A stretch of 64,000 nt of DNA from Candidatus Rifleibacteriota bacterium (GTDB lineage Bacteria; Muiribacteriota; Ozemobacteria; Ozemobacterales; Ozemobacteraceae): assembly GCA_018818125.1 (NCBI GenBank), contig JAHISQ010000120.1, positions 4,658-68,657 of the forward strand, read 5' to 3'. The translations under genes were made by a program, and so were the position numbers. Each line of letters begins with the position of its first letter. The stretch's first letter is position 1. Of the stretch, positions 18,050 through 27,986 are shown one piece after another. The notes beneath the pieces are model-generated. The model saw nothing but the letters and a program-made list of their open reading frames with translations, did not search any database and was not told where the DNA came from.

Positions 18050-18451
18050 TTAAGCTGATCGATATTTTAGCTGCAGCTCCTTAATCCAGCAATAGCCGAC
18101 CGGCACCACAAAGAGTGTCAACAGTTCGACGCACATGCCGCCAAAAGTCGGCACTGCCATTGGTATCATCACATCGATGCCTATGCCGGTGAAAACCAGG
18201 AAAGTTACTGGCACAGAAGAGAATTCAAGATAAAGGATCAGAGAGATTATCAACAGGCTCAGTGGCAAAACCACTATCAGTTTGTTTTCTGAGCGAACCT
18301 GATTCTGGTAGTTGCCGATGAATTTAAAACCGGTGTTTGCTGGCAATTTAAGGCTGCCCTCGGCGATTCTGCGTTTCAGGCAGACATCAGCTGCCTCAAC
18401 TACATCTGTCTCGGCGTATTCGGGCATTTTATCGAAAATGGCATAGCCGAC
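18050..18451 (-). pseudogene. Diverged, internally deleted copy of the cusA 3' region
   Basis: 18066-18176 matches 22460-22570 and 18177-18451 matches 22919-23193; 348 nt (116 codons) are deleted at a CGCCT microhomology. Confidence 0.92.
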
Positions 18452-18452
18452 T

Positions 18453-18493
18453 CTGCTGCAAAGAAAGTTCAGGAGCGTCTGATCGACTTCTAA
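18453..18493 (+). repeat. Second copy of the 3' end of the sugar-binding protein gene
   Basis: 18453-18489 equals 16987-17023 at 35 of 37 nt, both changes synonymous; reads AAKKVQERLIDF* versus AAKKVQERLIDL*. Confidence 0.92.
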
Positions 18494-18526
18494 AGCTCTT
18501 CATAGGCTTTAAAAAGGTATAAATTA

Positions 18527-18556
18527 ACAATCCCCGCCAAATCTGGCGGAGATTGT
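18527..18556 (+). terminator. Stem-loop behind the displaced SBP 3' end (terminator or stabiliser)
   Basis: ACAATC-C-CCGCCA / TGGCGG-A-GATTGT with a 4-nt loop; no clear U-tract on the + strand. Confidence 0.45.
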
Positions 18557-18715
18557 CAGCTAAGCAGGAGTTTGCCAGTTATTCAAGTGTTTTAACGAAC
18601 ACGGTTTATGATATGCTGGATTAATAGAAGAGCTGCTTAGGATTGGGTTAGAAAATTTGTGAAAATGTTGTTGTCCAGCTGGATTTAATGCTTTGATAGT
18701 TACACAGGATGTGAA

Positions 18716-21700
18716 ATGATTGAGACCATTGTTGCGAATGATGACTTTTACTTTTTTGCCCTTGGTTTTATTTTTCTGCTCGCTTTTTTCAATTGTCAGG
18801 TTCTGAAAAAAATACTGTCAGATAAGCTTGCCTGGATATTTCTTTCGTTATTTTCTTTGTCTCAATCTGCGTATTTTGGTTTAAATCTGATTCAACAGTT
18901 CAAAAATGTTTCATCAAATTTTGATACTATCAGCATCTTTTTTTCGGCTCTTTCGTTCAGCTTTCTTGGAGCTTTCGCCTTAAACATACATGACCATAAT
19001 GGAGAATTGCCAAAAATAAGAAAATGGTTTTTTATCCCTTTGATAGGAGCAGGGACTGGTTTTCTGTATAGTCTGGATGTCTTTGCCTATTCGCAGGCTG
19101 TTTTTATTGGATTTCCAGCTATCTTTGCTGCGTCTTATGTTTTTATCAAGAGAACAGTCTATAAAACAAGGCTTATGTGTCCCTGGCAAAAAGCCACCGG
19201 AGTTTCTCTGGTTGTTTATAATGCTGTTGGCTTGCTGGTTGATGTGGGACTTATAAACCCAGGTTCTTCAGCTGAAACAGGCAGTAAAATTTTTCTCTCT
19301 GCTCTATTTCTTATTTCGCTTTGGTTTTGCTCAAGAATTGCTACAGAGGAAGAGATTTTGCCTGAATTGGAGAATAGTCAGAAAAGTCTCAGGTTTTTTC
19401 TTCCGGTATCCCTGCTGATTGTTCTTCCATTAGGTTACATGTTTTCTATTTTTATTTCTGAGCGTAATTTTAATCAGGAAAAAATGATCAAGAAGAGTCA
19501 GGGAAATGCTTTTGAATCGCTTTTAGAAGTGAATTTTGCCCATTCTGATCTGGTGGCAGAGGGAATGAGCCGATCTTCTGTTTTGGCAGAAGCCCTTTCC
19601 AGACCTTGTTCTGAGACGATTGATATGGCTAATGCCGAAATAGACAGGTTCTCGAGTCCGTTTCCACGCTCGGTAGCTTATTTGCTAGATCTTAATGGAA
19701 ATACTATTGTTTCTTCAAATAGGAATTCAGACCAATCTTTTGTTGGTAAAAACTTTTCCTTTCGCCCATATTTTAAAGGGGCTCGCGCAGGACAAACTTC
19801 GTTCTATTTAGCAAGAGGAACGGTCTCAAAAGAATATGGCTGTTACTGCGCTTATCCGGTCAGAGTAGATGGCGGTTCCGTTCTAGGAGTAGTGGTCTAT
19901 AAGAACACCATGGAAAATGTTGTTTCTCATTTTGCTGATCAGCCTGCAACTGTTTTACTTGATGACAAAGATGAAATCATAGCCTCTAATCGACCAGATG
20001 AGTTTTGGAGCAAATTATTTCCAATTGATAAGACCAGTTTTATTTCGTTTGCTGATATCAGTTCCTTCAGATTGCCTCTTAAGTTGAGCTACAGACCCGT
20101 TTTATCCAAAGAATCAATTGCTGGATACGAAAAGAATCTTTTTCTGTGGCGCTATAATCTTGATGTCTCAGACTGGTCTTTTTATTTGCTGGAAGAATCG
20201 GCTTCTTCGCTATGGTCAAGACTTCTTGGGATAAGCTTAACCTTGCTTGCCTGCCTGGTATTGATAGTAATTGCCATTATCTGGAGCTTTTCTCTTACCA
20301 CTGTTCGGGTAATAAAAAAGAGTGCCAGAGTTTATCATACACTGGTGGAAGGCTCTTCGAATATTGTCGCGCTAATGGATATTTCTGGTCAATTTATTGC
20401 TCTAAATGAAGCTGGTAAAAATGAGTTTCAGTTGACCGATGAATCGTTCTCTGAAGTAAGACTTCCTGACCTTTGGGATGATGACTCTGTCAGCAAGGTT
20501 CGCTATGCCATACAGGAGACTGTAACCGAAAAAAAGGTGTTTTTTGAGGCATCAAGATCAAATGCAGAAGGTCAGGTTGGATATTGGGAAATAACTCTTA
20601 ATCCTATTGTTGGGACAAAATTCCGACCAAGCCAGCTGATTGGTATCTTTCACAATATAAGTGCCAGAAAGCTTGCTGCGAAAGAGTTGAATCGCGAAAA
20701 AGAATTTACGGCTAACCTTCTCAATACTGCTCAGGCAATCATTTTGTTTCTGGATATGACTGGAAGAGTAAAAAGAGTAAATCAATATTTTTATGATTTA
20801 ACCGGCTTCAAAAAAGAAGAGGTGATTAATAAAAACTGGTTAGAAGCTTTTGTTCCTGATTCTTGCAAAACAAACATTAGTAAGTATTTTAGAGAACATT
20901 CAACAAACCTTAGTGAAGAGCCAGTTATAAACGATATACTTAAGGCCAATAGTGAAACTCTGAAGGTTGAATGGAAAAATCGTACTCTTCTTGGCGATGA
21001 CAGAGAGCCTGTCGGGGTAATTGCAGTAGGCCAGGATATTACGGAACATACAAAGATTGAGGATGCTCTTAGAGAGGGCAAGACAAAGTTCGCCATGTTG
21101 AATAATTGTTTTATAAAATTTGGTAACTCTCCCAGAGAGAATATCAATCTCCTGACTGATATGGCCTGGTTGCTGACCGGTTCAGACATTGCTATGGTGA
21201 GAGAAATTGATGGTGATGAGTTCAATATGCTTAGCCTGTCGTCTATGTCTGAGGAACTCAGTTCGCAACAAGCTGCTTCAGGCATGATTGAAAGTTGTCC
21301 TTTCAGTTCAGAAATTGCAAAAATTGGTAAATCGCCAATTTTAATTAAAAATATTTCCAAATACGATTTTAATTCCAGCTGGATACAGACTTTTAATTCA
21401 ATGATTGTATGTGCTATTTACCTCGGAGAAGAAATAACAGGCTGTCTTATGTGCTGTTTTGAAAAGACGGTAGATGCATTGATTGAAGAAGATCTTGAAC
21501 TTATAAACATTGTCGCCAGGGCCATTGGAATAGAAATAGCCAGGTTGCGAGAAGATCGCCATTTGCGCCAGGTTATTGAAGAACTTGCTTCTAAAGACAA
21601 GAGAATGTCGCTGGAAATGGAAATCGCGCGGACTGTTCACCGTGCATTTTTGCCGTCGAAAAGTCCAGAGTTTTCGCCCTACAGGATCGGATTTGTGTTT

Positions 21701-22345
21701 AAGCCATGTTTCAGTGTTGGCGGCGATTTTTTTGATTTTGTTGCATTTCCGGAAAAAAACCAGCTGGGCATACTTTTTGCCGATATAAGCGGCCATGGAG
21801 TTGCGGGCGCGCTTTTGGCATCAATGTTGAAGGTTCTTCTGACGTCAGTAACCTTACATAATAATGAGCCAGCCAGCATTCTTTATGATATGAATGGCCG
21901 GATTGAAGAGAGTTTTCCTAGTGGCTATTTTGTCGCTGCCTTTTTTGCTGTTCTTGACAGTACATCTGAGTCAATTACATTCGCCAGCGCGGCTCCTGAG
22001 CCGGTTCTTCTTCTCAAAAAAAGCGGTAAAGTAGAAAAAATTGGCGACGGCGGGCAACCGATGGGGCTGCTGCCAGCGGAATTTACTGATGAAGAAAGCT
22101 TTGTGTCTGTGTCAGTTAAAATGGAACCTGGTGATATGCTGATATTTTTTACCGATGGTATAACTGATATTAAGATCTCTGAGAATGAGAGAATAGGCGT
22201 TGACCGTCTTTGCGATTGGGTCTCCGAGCTGTCAGGGTCATCGGCACAGGATCTTAGTGAAGAGATTTATCGTCGAGCAATTGCTGCTGCCATAGAAAAT
22301 GGTATTGATGACGACATAATGATTTTAGCCATAAAAAGAGAATAG
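18716..22345 (+). CDS. Membrane sensor phosphatase: multi-TM, Cache, two PAS, GAF-like, SpoIIE/PP2C
   Basis: GKNFSFRPYF Cache motif; two PAS-like segments; GGDFFD, DISGHG, FTDG, DDDIMI. Confidence 0.9.
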   Translation: MIETIVANDDFYFFALGFIFLLAFFNCQVLKKILSDKLAWIFLSLFSLSQSAYFGLNLIQQFKNVSSNFDTISIFFSALSFSFLGAFALNIHDHNGELPKIRKWFFIPLIGAGTGFLYSLDVFAYSQAVFIGFPAIFAASYVFIKRTVYKTRLMCPWQKATGVSLVVYNAVGLLVDVGLINPGSSAETGSKIFLSALFLISLWFCSRIATEEEILPELENSQKSLRFFLPVSLLIVLPLGYMFSIFISERNFNQEKMIKKSQGNAFESLLEVNFAHSDLVAEGMSRSSVLAEALSRPCSETIDMANAEIDRFSSPFPRSVAYLLDLNGNTIVSSNRNSDQSFVGKNFSFRPYFKGARAGQTSFYLARGTVSKEYGCYCAYPVRVDGGSVLGVVVYKNTMENVVSHFADQPATVLLDDKDEIIASNRPDEFWSKLFPIDKTSFISFADISSFRLPLKLSYRPVLSKESIAGYEKNLFLWRYNLDVSDWSFYLLEESASSLWSRLLGISLTLLACLVLIVIAIIWSFSLTTVRVIKKSARVYHTLVEGSSNIVALMDISGQFIALNEAGKNEFQLTDESFSEVRLPDLWDDDSVSKVRYAIQETVTEKKVFFEASRSNAEGQVGYWEITLNPIVGTKFRPSQLIGIFHNISARKLAAKELNREKEFTANLLNTAQAIILFLDMTGRVKRVNQYFYDLTGFKKEEVINKNWLEAFVPDSCKTNISKYFREHSTNLSEEPVINDILKANSETLKVEWKNRTLLGDDREPVGVIAVGQDITEHTKIEDALREGKTKFAMLNNCFIKFGNSPRENINLLTDMAWLLTGSDIAMVREIDGDEFNMLSLSSMSEELSSQQAASGMIESCPFSSEIAKIGKSPILIKNISKYDFNSSWIQTFNSMIVCAIYLGEEITGCLMCCFEKTVDALIEEDLELINIVARAIGIEIARLREDRHLRQVIEELASKDKRMSLEMEIARTVHRAFLPSKSPEFSPYRIGFVFKPCFSVGGDFFDFVAFPEKNQLGILFADISGHGVAGALLASMLKVLLTSVTLHNNEPASILYDMNGRIEESFPSGYFVAAFFAVLDSTSESITFASAAPEPVLLLKKSGKVEKIGDGGQPMGLLPAEFTDEESFVSVSVKMEPGDMLIFFTDGITDIKISENERIGVDRLCDWVSELSGSSAQDLSEEIYRRAIAAAIENGIDDDIMILAIKRE

Positions 22346-22434
22346 CTTCAAGAAATCAAAAAGCGTAAATTGACAGCTTTCTAAGCCTGATGGCGTTCGA
22401 GTAGCACATCAATGTTTTGCTGTTTAAGTGATGG

Positions 22435-25400
22435 CTATGTTGTCTGTTTGGCCTCGAGTTTCAGGCGCAACTCTTTGATCCAGCAGTAACCGACCGGCAC
22501 CACAAAGAGTGTCAACAGTTCGACGCACATGCCGCCAAAGGTCGGCACTGCCATTGGTATCATCACATCGGCGCCTCGGCCGGTCGAGGTTAAAACCGGT
22601 AATAACGCAAGAATGGTGGTTGCTGTTGTCATCAGACACGGTCGGATTCTTTTTAAGCCGGCTTCGAGAACAGCTGCTCTGATCTGTTTAATATCGTTGG
22701 TGTCATTTTTTTCAAAAGTGCTTTCAAGATACGATGCCATGACCACGCCATCATCGCTGGCTATGCCAAACAGCGCAATGAACCCGACCCACACGGCAAT
22801 AGAAAGATTCATCGAATGCATATTCAGCAGTTCACGAAAGTGTATGCCGAACAGCGAGAAGTTGAGGAACCATCCTTGCGAATACAGCCAGATCATCAAA
22901 AAGCCACCGGACCAGGCGACGCCTATGCCGGTGAAAACAAGGAAAGTTACTGGCACTGAAGAGAATTCAAGATAAAGAATCAGAAAGATTATCAACAGGC
23001 TCAGTGGCAAAACCACCATCAGCTTTTTTTCTGAACGCACCTGATTCTGGTAGTTGCCGATAAATTTATAACTGGTATTTGCCGGCAATTTAAGGCTGCC
23101 CTCGGCGATTTTGCGTTTCAGATAGACGTCTGCTTCCTCAACTACATCTGTCTCGGCGTATTCGGGCATTTTGTCGAAAATGACATAGCCGACCGGAAAA
23201 GAATTTTCGCTTTTGAGCACCTGTGGGCCCTTAACAAACGAAATGGTCGTGAGGTCGCCTAACGGAATGAACTTTTTATCAGGAGTCGCGACCGGAATGT
23301 TTCTGATGAGTTCAGGATTATCGCGTAACTCTCGGGCAAATCTCAGCCTGATGCCGTATCTTTCGCGGCCTTCGAATGTCTGAGAAAGAACTTTACCGCC
23401 CAGGGAGATTTCGATCACATTTTGCAGATCGGCAACCTTGATTCCATATCTTGCGGCTGCCTGGCGATTAACTTCAATCTCGATGTATGGCTTGCCAACG
23501 ATACGGTCAGCAGAAACTGTGCTGGCATCAATTCCCTGAATCTGTTTAAGCTCCTTTTCAAGAGCGAAACCTAATTCTTCAACTGATTGAGTGTCAGGGC
23601 CAAATATCTGAATCCCCATCGGTGCTCTGATACCGGTTTGCAGCATTACCAGTCTGGCAGCAATTGGCTGTAGCATCGGCGCCGAGGTTGTACCCGGGAC
23701 TGAACTGGCGCGCACAATCTCTTTCCAGATATCTTTCGGAGATTTTATCTGGTCTCGCCATTGTCGTTTTCTAAGCCCGGTTACCGGGTCTGGTTCGCTG
23801 TATTCCGCGACATAAGAAATTACCGTCTCAATCATCGAAATTGGTGCCGGATCAAGTGGCGAATCAACTCGACCAATCTTTCCAACCACCGATTCGACCT
23901 CGGGGATTGCTCTAATAGCTCTATCCTGTTTGCTGAGAACGTCAATACATTCAGCCAAGCTGGCGTGGGGCATGGTAGTGGGCATCAAAAGGTAACTGCC
24001 CTCATCAAGTGGTGGCATGAATTCTTTGCCCAGCCCAGGAAAGACTTGAACACCTTTTTTCCAGGCCCAGGAGTTGGTGATTAGTTCCGAAGAGATGCCC
24101 GTTTTTGCCAGCAGATCCGGCATCCATGAGTTAATTCTGGCAAAACCGAGCCAAACGTGAAGCCCAAATAGAACTACCATAATTGGAATGATCGCAAAGG
24201 TTTTCTTGTTATCGAGAAACCATGACAGCATGCTTCCGTAGTAGTTTAAAAATAGTCTGAAAAAAACAAGAACTGAACCTGTGGTGACAACTACCGCTAT
24301 GAGGTTGAAAAAGTAGCCACGACCAAAACCAAGAGGCATCCAGATCCAGGTTAGATAAAGAGTAGCCGCAACTGCAAACATAACTGGAGCCCATTTGTTT
24401 GAAAAGGTGCGGATCTTTTCTGGTATTTTGCCCCAGAAAATACCGGTTAACCCTGCAAAAACAAGAATAATACCGGCTTTAGGTGCGAAGAACGTTAGCA
24501 GAATACCAGAGATGAGAATTGCAAAAAATCTCAGGTCACGAGTTTTATCTTTCTTTTTGAATATAACGGTTGCGGCAACTGGAATGAGAATCAAGGCTAT
24601 GAACAGCGAAGAAATCAGCGCGAAGGTTTTGGTCCAGGCGAGCGGGGAAAATAGTTTTCCCTCGGCACCGGTCATGGCAAACACTGGCAGGAAGCCAACT
24701 ATGGTAGTAGATACGGCGGTGATAACGGCAGAACCAACCTCGGAGGCTGCGTTGAATATTGACTCCTTTGCAGGGATATCGGTTTCAGAATCCTTTTCAA
24801 GGTGTTTGAGGATGTTTTCGCAGAGAATAATGCCCATATCAACCATGGTGCCGATTGCAATGGCAATGCCCGCCAGTGACATCAGATTAGCCCCGACGTT
24901 GAAAAACTTCATGGCAATAAAAGTCATGAGAACCGCTAAGGGCAAAAGACCTGAGATAAGCAGGCTTGAACTCATATGAAGCAGCATGACAATTACCACC
25001 AGAATGGTAATAGTTATCTGTTGTGATAGCGCGTCCTGCAGTGTTTGTAGAGTTTCGTTTATCAGTTTGGTTCGGTCATAGAAAGGAACTATTTTAACCT
25101 GGCTCAAACTGCCATCAGCAAGAGTTTTTGCTGGCAACCCATGCGAAATTTCAGTAATTTTATGCTTAACTTTTTCAATAACTTCCAGCGGGTTTGCGCC
25201 AAATCTGGTTACAACCACTCCGCCAACTGCTTCGGCCCCTTCCTTGTCGAGAACGCCACGTCGTCTCGCCGGCCCGGAAACCACTCTGGCAACATTTCCG
25301 ATGGTAATTCCAACGCCGTTGACTGACTTGATTACCGAGTTTTTCAAGTCTTCAATTGATTTTATAAAGCCGATACCGCGGATTACATATTCTACCCGGT

Positions 25401-26094
25401 TAATTTCTATCGTACCGGCTCCGACATCGAGATTACTCTCTTTGATAGTTTTAACCAGTTCAGGAATCGTAATATTGTAAATTCTCAACATCTCAGGATC
25501 AATGTCGACCTGGTATTCACGAACCATTCCACCAATTGAACCAACTTCTGAGACGCCATCTACCGACTGCAGGGCGAACTTTATGGTCCAGTCCTGAATA
25601 CTCCTGAGCTCGTGCAGATCAAAGCCTTTGCCTTCGACGGTATACCAGAAAATCTGGCCAAGTGCGGTTGCATCCGGGCCCAGCACGGGAGTAACGCCAT
25701 CGGGAAGACTGCCCTTTATAGACGCGAGCTTTTCAATTATTCGCGAACGGGACCAGTAAAAATCGATTTTTTCGTTAAAAATAATGTAGATCGAGGCGAA
25801 TCCGAACATTGAGCTGGCCCTGATTGTAGAAACACCAGGAATGCCCATTAAATTCACTGCCAATGGGTAAGTTATCTGGTCATCAACATCTTTTGGCGAT
25901 CTACCTGGCCAGGAGACAAAGACTATCTGCTGATTTTCGCCGATATCCGGTATCGCGTCCACCGACACCGGGTCTCTTATTATGCCGGTGTTAAAGTCAA
26001 ACGGGATGACCGAAAAGCCGTAACCAGCAAGCATTACCAGTAAAATGGCCGCAATAATGCGTTTTCTCAGAAAGAATCTAATTATTGCGTCCAT
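22435..26094 (-). CDS. cusA: Cu(I)/Ag(I) heavy-metal efflux RND permease
   Basis: DAIPDIGENQQIV, GPDATALGQIF, GTMVDMG, ASDDGVVM, RIRPCLMT; Met residues in LLMPT, PISMIET, LVMLQTG contexts that match the CusA Met triad. Confidence 0.93.
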   Translation of the reverse strand: MDAIIRFFLRKRIIAAILLVMLAGYGFSVIPFDFNTGIIRDPVSVDAIPDIGENQQIVFVSWPGRSPKDVDDQITYPLAVNLMGIPGVSTIRASSMFGFASIYIIFNEKIDFYWSRSRIIEKLASIKGSLPDGVTPVLGPDATALGQIFWYTVEGKGFDLHELRSIQDWTIKFALQSVDGVSEVGSIGGMVREYQVDIDPEMLRIYNITIPELVKTIKESNLDVGAGTIEINRVEYVIRGIGFIKSIEDLKNSVIKSVNGVGITIGNVARVVSGPARRRGVLDKEGAEAVGGVVVTRFGANPLEVIEKVKHKITEISHGLPAKTLADGSLSQVKIVPFYDRTKLINETLQTLQDALSQQITITILVVIVMLLHMSSSLLISGLLPLAVLMTFIAMKFFNVGANLMSLAGIAIAIGTMVDMGIILCENILKHLEKDSETDIPAKESIFNAASEVGSAVITAVSTTIVGFLPVFAMTGAEGKLFSPLAWTKTFALISSLFIALILIPVAATVIFKKKDKTRDLRFFAILISGILLTFFAPKAGIILVFAGLTGIFWGKIPEKIRTFSNKWAPVMFAVAATLYLTWIWMPLGFGRGYFFNLIAVVVTTGSVLVFFRLFLNYYGSMLSWFLDNKKTFAIIPIMVVLFGLHVWLGFARINSWMPDLLAKTGISSELITNSWAWKKGVQVFPGLGKEFMPPLDEGSYLLMPTTMPHASLAECIDVLSKQDRAIRAIPEVESVVGKIGRVDSPLDPAPISMIETVISYVAEYSEPDPVTGLRKRQWRDQIKSPKDIWKEIVRASSVPGTTSAPMLQPIAARLVMLQTGIRAPMGIQIFGPDTQSVEELGFALEKELKQIQGIDASTVSADRIVGKPYIEIEVNRQAAARYGIKVADLQNVIEISLGGKVLSQTFEGRERYGIRLRFARELRDNPELIRNIPVATPDKKFIPLGDLTTISFVKGPQVLKSENSFPVGYVIFDKMPEYAETDVVEEADVYLKRKIAEGSLKLPANTSYKFIGNYQNQVRSEKKLMVVLPLSLLIIFLILYLEFSSVPVTFLVFTGIGVAWSGGFLMIWLYSQGWFLNFSLFGIHFRELLNMHSMNLSIAVWVGFIALFGIASDDGVVMASYLESTFEKNDTNDIKQIRAAVLEAGLKRIRPCLMTTATTILALLPVLTSTGRGADVMIPMAVPTFGGMCVELLTLFVVPVGYCWIKELRLKLEAKQTT

Positions 26095-27971
26095 TATTTA
26101 ATCTCTTTATTCCAGATTTTTTTGGTGGATCCGCATTTGAGCATCATTTTGCCAAAATAAGGGTTGGCCAGTTGTGGGGCAGATTGAAGCCAGATTGCGC
26201 CTTTATTATCGAAAGCCATGGGACAAAAATTTTCCTGAACTGCAAAACTCAATTTGCCATCTACCATAATGATGAGATTTTTTAACACCGCAGTGAGCTT
26301 AAAAAGCTCTTCTCTGGCCATTTTAATGTCCTTGTCTGCGGCCAGTTTCATTAAAATCGGCATCAGTTGATCGGCTACGAGAGACAGTGATTTTACCGAA
26401 GCTTTTTTTAAACCTGGAAGCTGTTCATGTGCCTTCGTTGCAGCGGCCACGGTTGCCTCCAGATCGTCTTCTGCAAGCTTTTCGGAGATTACGAGACAGT
26501 CTTTTACAAGCGTTTCAACGATTCTCAGGTTTTCTTCGGAAAGTTCTTCGCCGGGTGTCTCAGGAGCTTTTGGCGCCGAAGTGTCACGATGTGGGCTCAT
26601 CATACTGTTTTGCCCGCGGATCTGTTGCTCCGAATCAATTTTGAAGGCCCCTTCTACCACAACCCGATCGCCCTTTTCCAAACCCGAATACACGAGATAA
26701 CCAGAATCTACACGCGATCCGACCAGTACTTCTACGGTTTCGTAGGCGCCTTTTTCGCCGACAATTTCTCTGAACACAAGGGATCTTGGACCACTCCAGA
26801 GAACTGCACTTTCAGGAATAATCAAAGGTAATTTGCCATTACTGGCAGTTTTAACTCCCATGCTTTCTATTGGCACCAGATCCATTCCGCAAACATCACA
26901 TTGGCCCGGGCCATCTTTTATCACTTCCGGATGCATTGGCGATATCCATTTGCCGGCCATGGCTGGACTAATTACCTCGCCGTTGCTGCCAATGGATACC
27001 TTTATGGTTACCCTGCCGAACATTCCGGGTTTCAAGAGGCCATTGCTGTTTTCAATGTTAATTCTGGCGTCGACTGTTCGGGTCTCACCAGACAGAATCG
27101 GAGAAATAAAAGATATTGTGCCCGGAAAAATTTTGCCGGGAAACGCTTCAAACTCGCATTCAACCGCCTGACCGTATCTGAGCCATTGAATGTCACGTTC
27201 GTAAACCGATGCAATCAGCCAAAGATGGTTCACGTCAGCAATTGAAAACATCCTTGTGCCCTGATTTACATACATTCCTTCTTTTACTGCCTGCTCTATC
27301 ACGATGCCAGCGCTTGGCGAATTAATGGTAACAAGTTCAGAGGGTGATTTTTTTGCATTAAACATTTCAATCTGTTGAGCGGAAATGCCCCAGCGCAGCA
27401 GGCGCTCAATCACTGCCTTGTGCAAGCTGTCGTTACCGGCAGATCTGATCAATTCTTCCTGGGCGGCGATCAGGTCTGGACTGTAGAACTCTGCCATGTG
27501 ATCGCCCTGTCTGACCGGAATTCCGGTGTAGTTGACATACAACTTTTCAATTCTGCCACCTACCCAGGCAGTAACATGTTTAACTCTGGTTTCATCAAGT
27601 TTAACCGTGCCCGGCAATCTGATTGTTTGTGTAGCAAGGCCCGAAAAAACTTCTGTGGTTCTGACCTCGGCAAGTTCTTGAGCAGTTTCAGAAAGTGTTA
27701 AGACGTTCGGAGCACCTGAATCTGTGCTTTGATTAAGCAGGATGAGGTCCATAAAACAGATGGGACATTTACCGGCACTGGGTTTTCTTATTTGCGGGTG
27801 CATTGAGCAGGTCCATGTTTCGGCCTTGTGTTCCTGGTGACCTGCTTTTACTGCTGGATCTGTCGTGGTCATATCGTTGGCGAAAAAAAAGTAGCCTGCT
27901 ATTATGCCGGCAAGAAAAACAGCCAGAGCGGGCACTAACAAAGTCTTTTTCTCAATCCGATTAAATTTCAT
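26094..27971 (-). CDS. cusB: Heavy-metal RND periplasmic adaptor with metal-binding domains
   Basis: WTCSMHPQ...CPICFMDL, second SPMHP...CDVCGMDL, barrel/hairpin core, C-terminal FCPMAFDNKGAIWL...NPYFG domain. Confidence 0.9.
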   Translation of the reverse strand: MKFNRIEKKTLLVPALAVFLAGIIAGYFFFANDMTTTDPAVKAGHQEHKAETWTCSMHPQIRKPSAGKCPICFMDLILLNQSTDSGAPNVLTLSETAQELAEVRTTEVFSGLATQTIRLPGTVKLDETRVKHVTAWVGGRIEKLYVNYTGIPVRQGDHMAEFYSPDLIAAQEELIRSAGNDSLHKAVIERLLRWGISAQQIEMFNAKKSPSELVTINSPSAGIVIEQAVKEGMYVNQGTRMFSIADVNHLWLIASVYERDIQWLRYGQAVECEFEAFPGKIFPGTISFISPILSGETRTVDARINIENSNGLLKPGMFGRVTIKVSIGSNGEVISPAMAGKWISPMHPEVIKDGPGQCDVCGMDLVPIESMGVKTASNGKLPLIIPESAVLWSGPRSLVFREIVGEKGAYETVEVLVGSRVDSGYLVYSGLEKGDRVVVEGAFKIDSEQQIRGQNSMMSPHRDTSAPKAPETPGEELSEENLRIVETLVKDCLVISEKLAEDDLEATVAAATKAHEQLPGLKKASVKSLSLVADQLMPILMKLAADKDIKMAREELFKLTAVLKNLIIMVDGKLSFAVQENFCPMAFDNKGAIWLQSAPQLANPYFGKMMLKCGSTKKIWNKEIK

Positions 27972-27986
27972 TCTATCTGGCCCCGC

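Noticed and set aside
16987-18489. Integrase-type att sites or IS target-site duplication around 17027-18452
   Set aside because: No recombinase or terminal inverted repeats are seen, and the enclosed cusA remnant is better explained by duplication of the whole slot.
9213-23193. Diversity-generating retroelement template/variable repeat pairs (ECF and cusA copies)
   Set aside because: Mismatches are not adenine-specific (in the ECF copy most are synonymous), and no reverse transcriptase is present.
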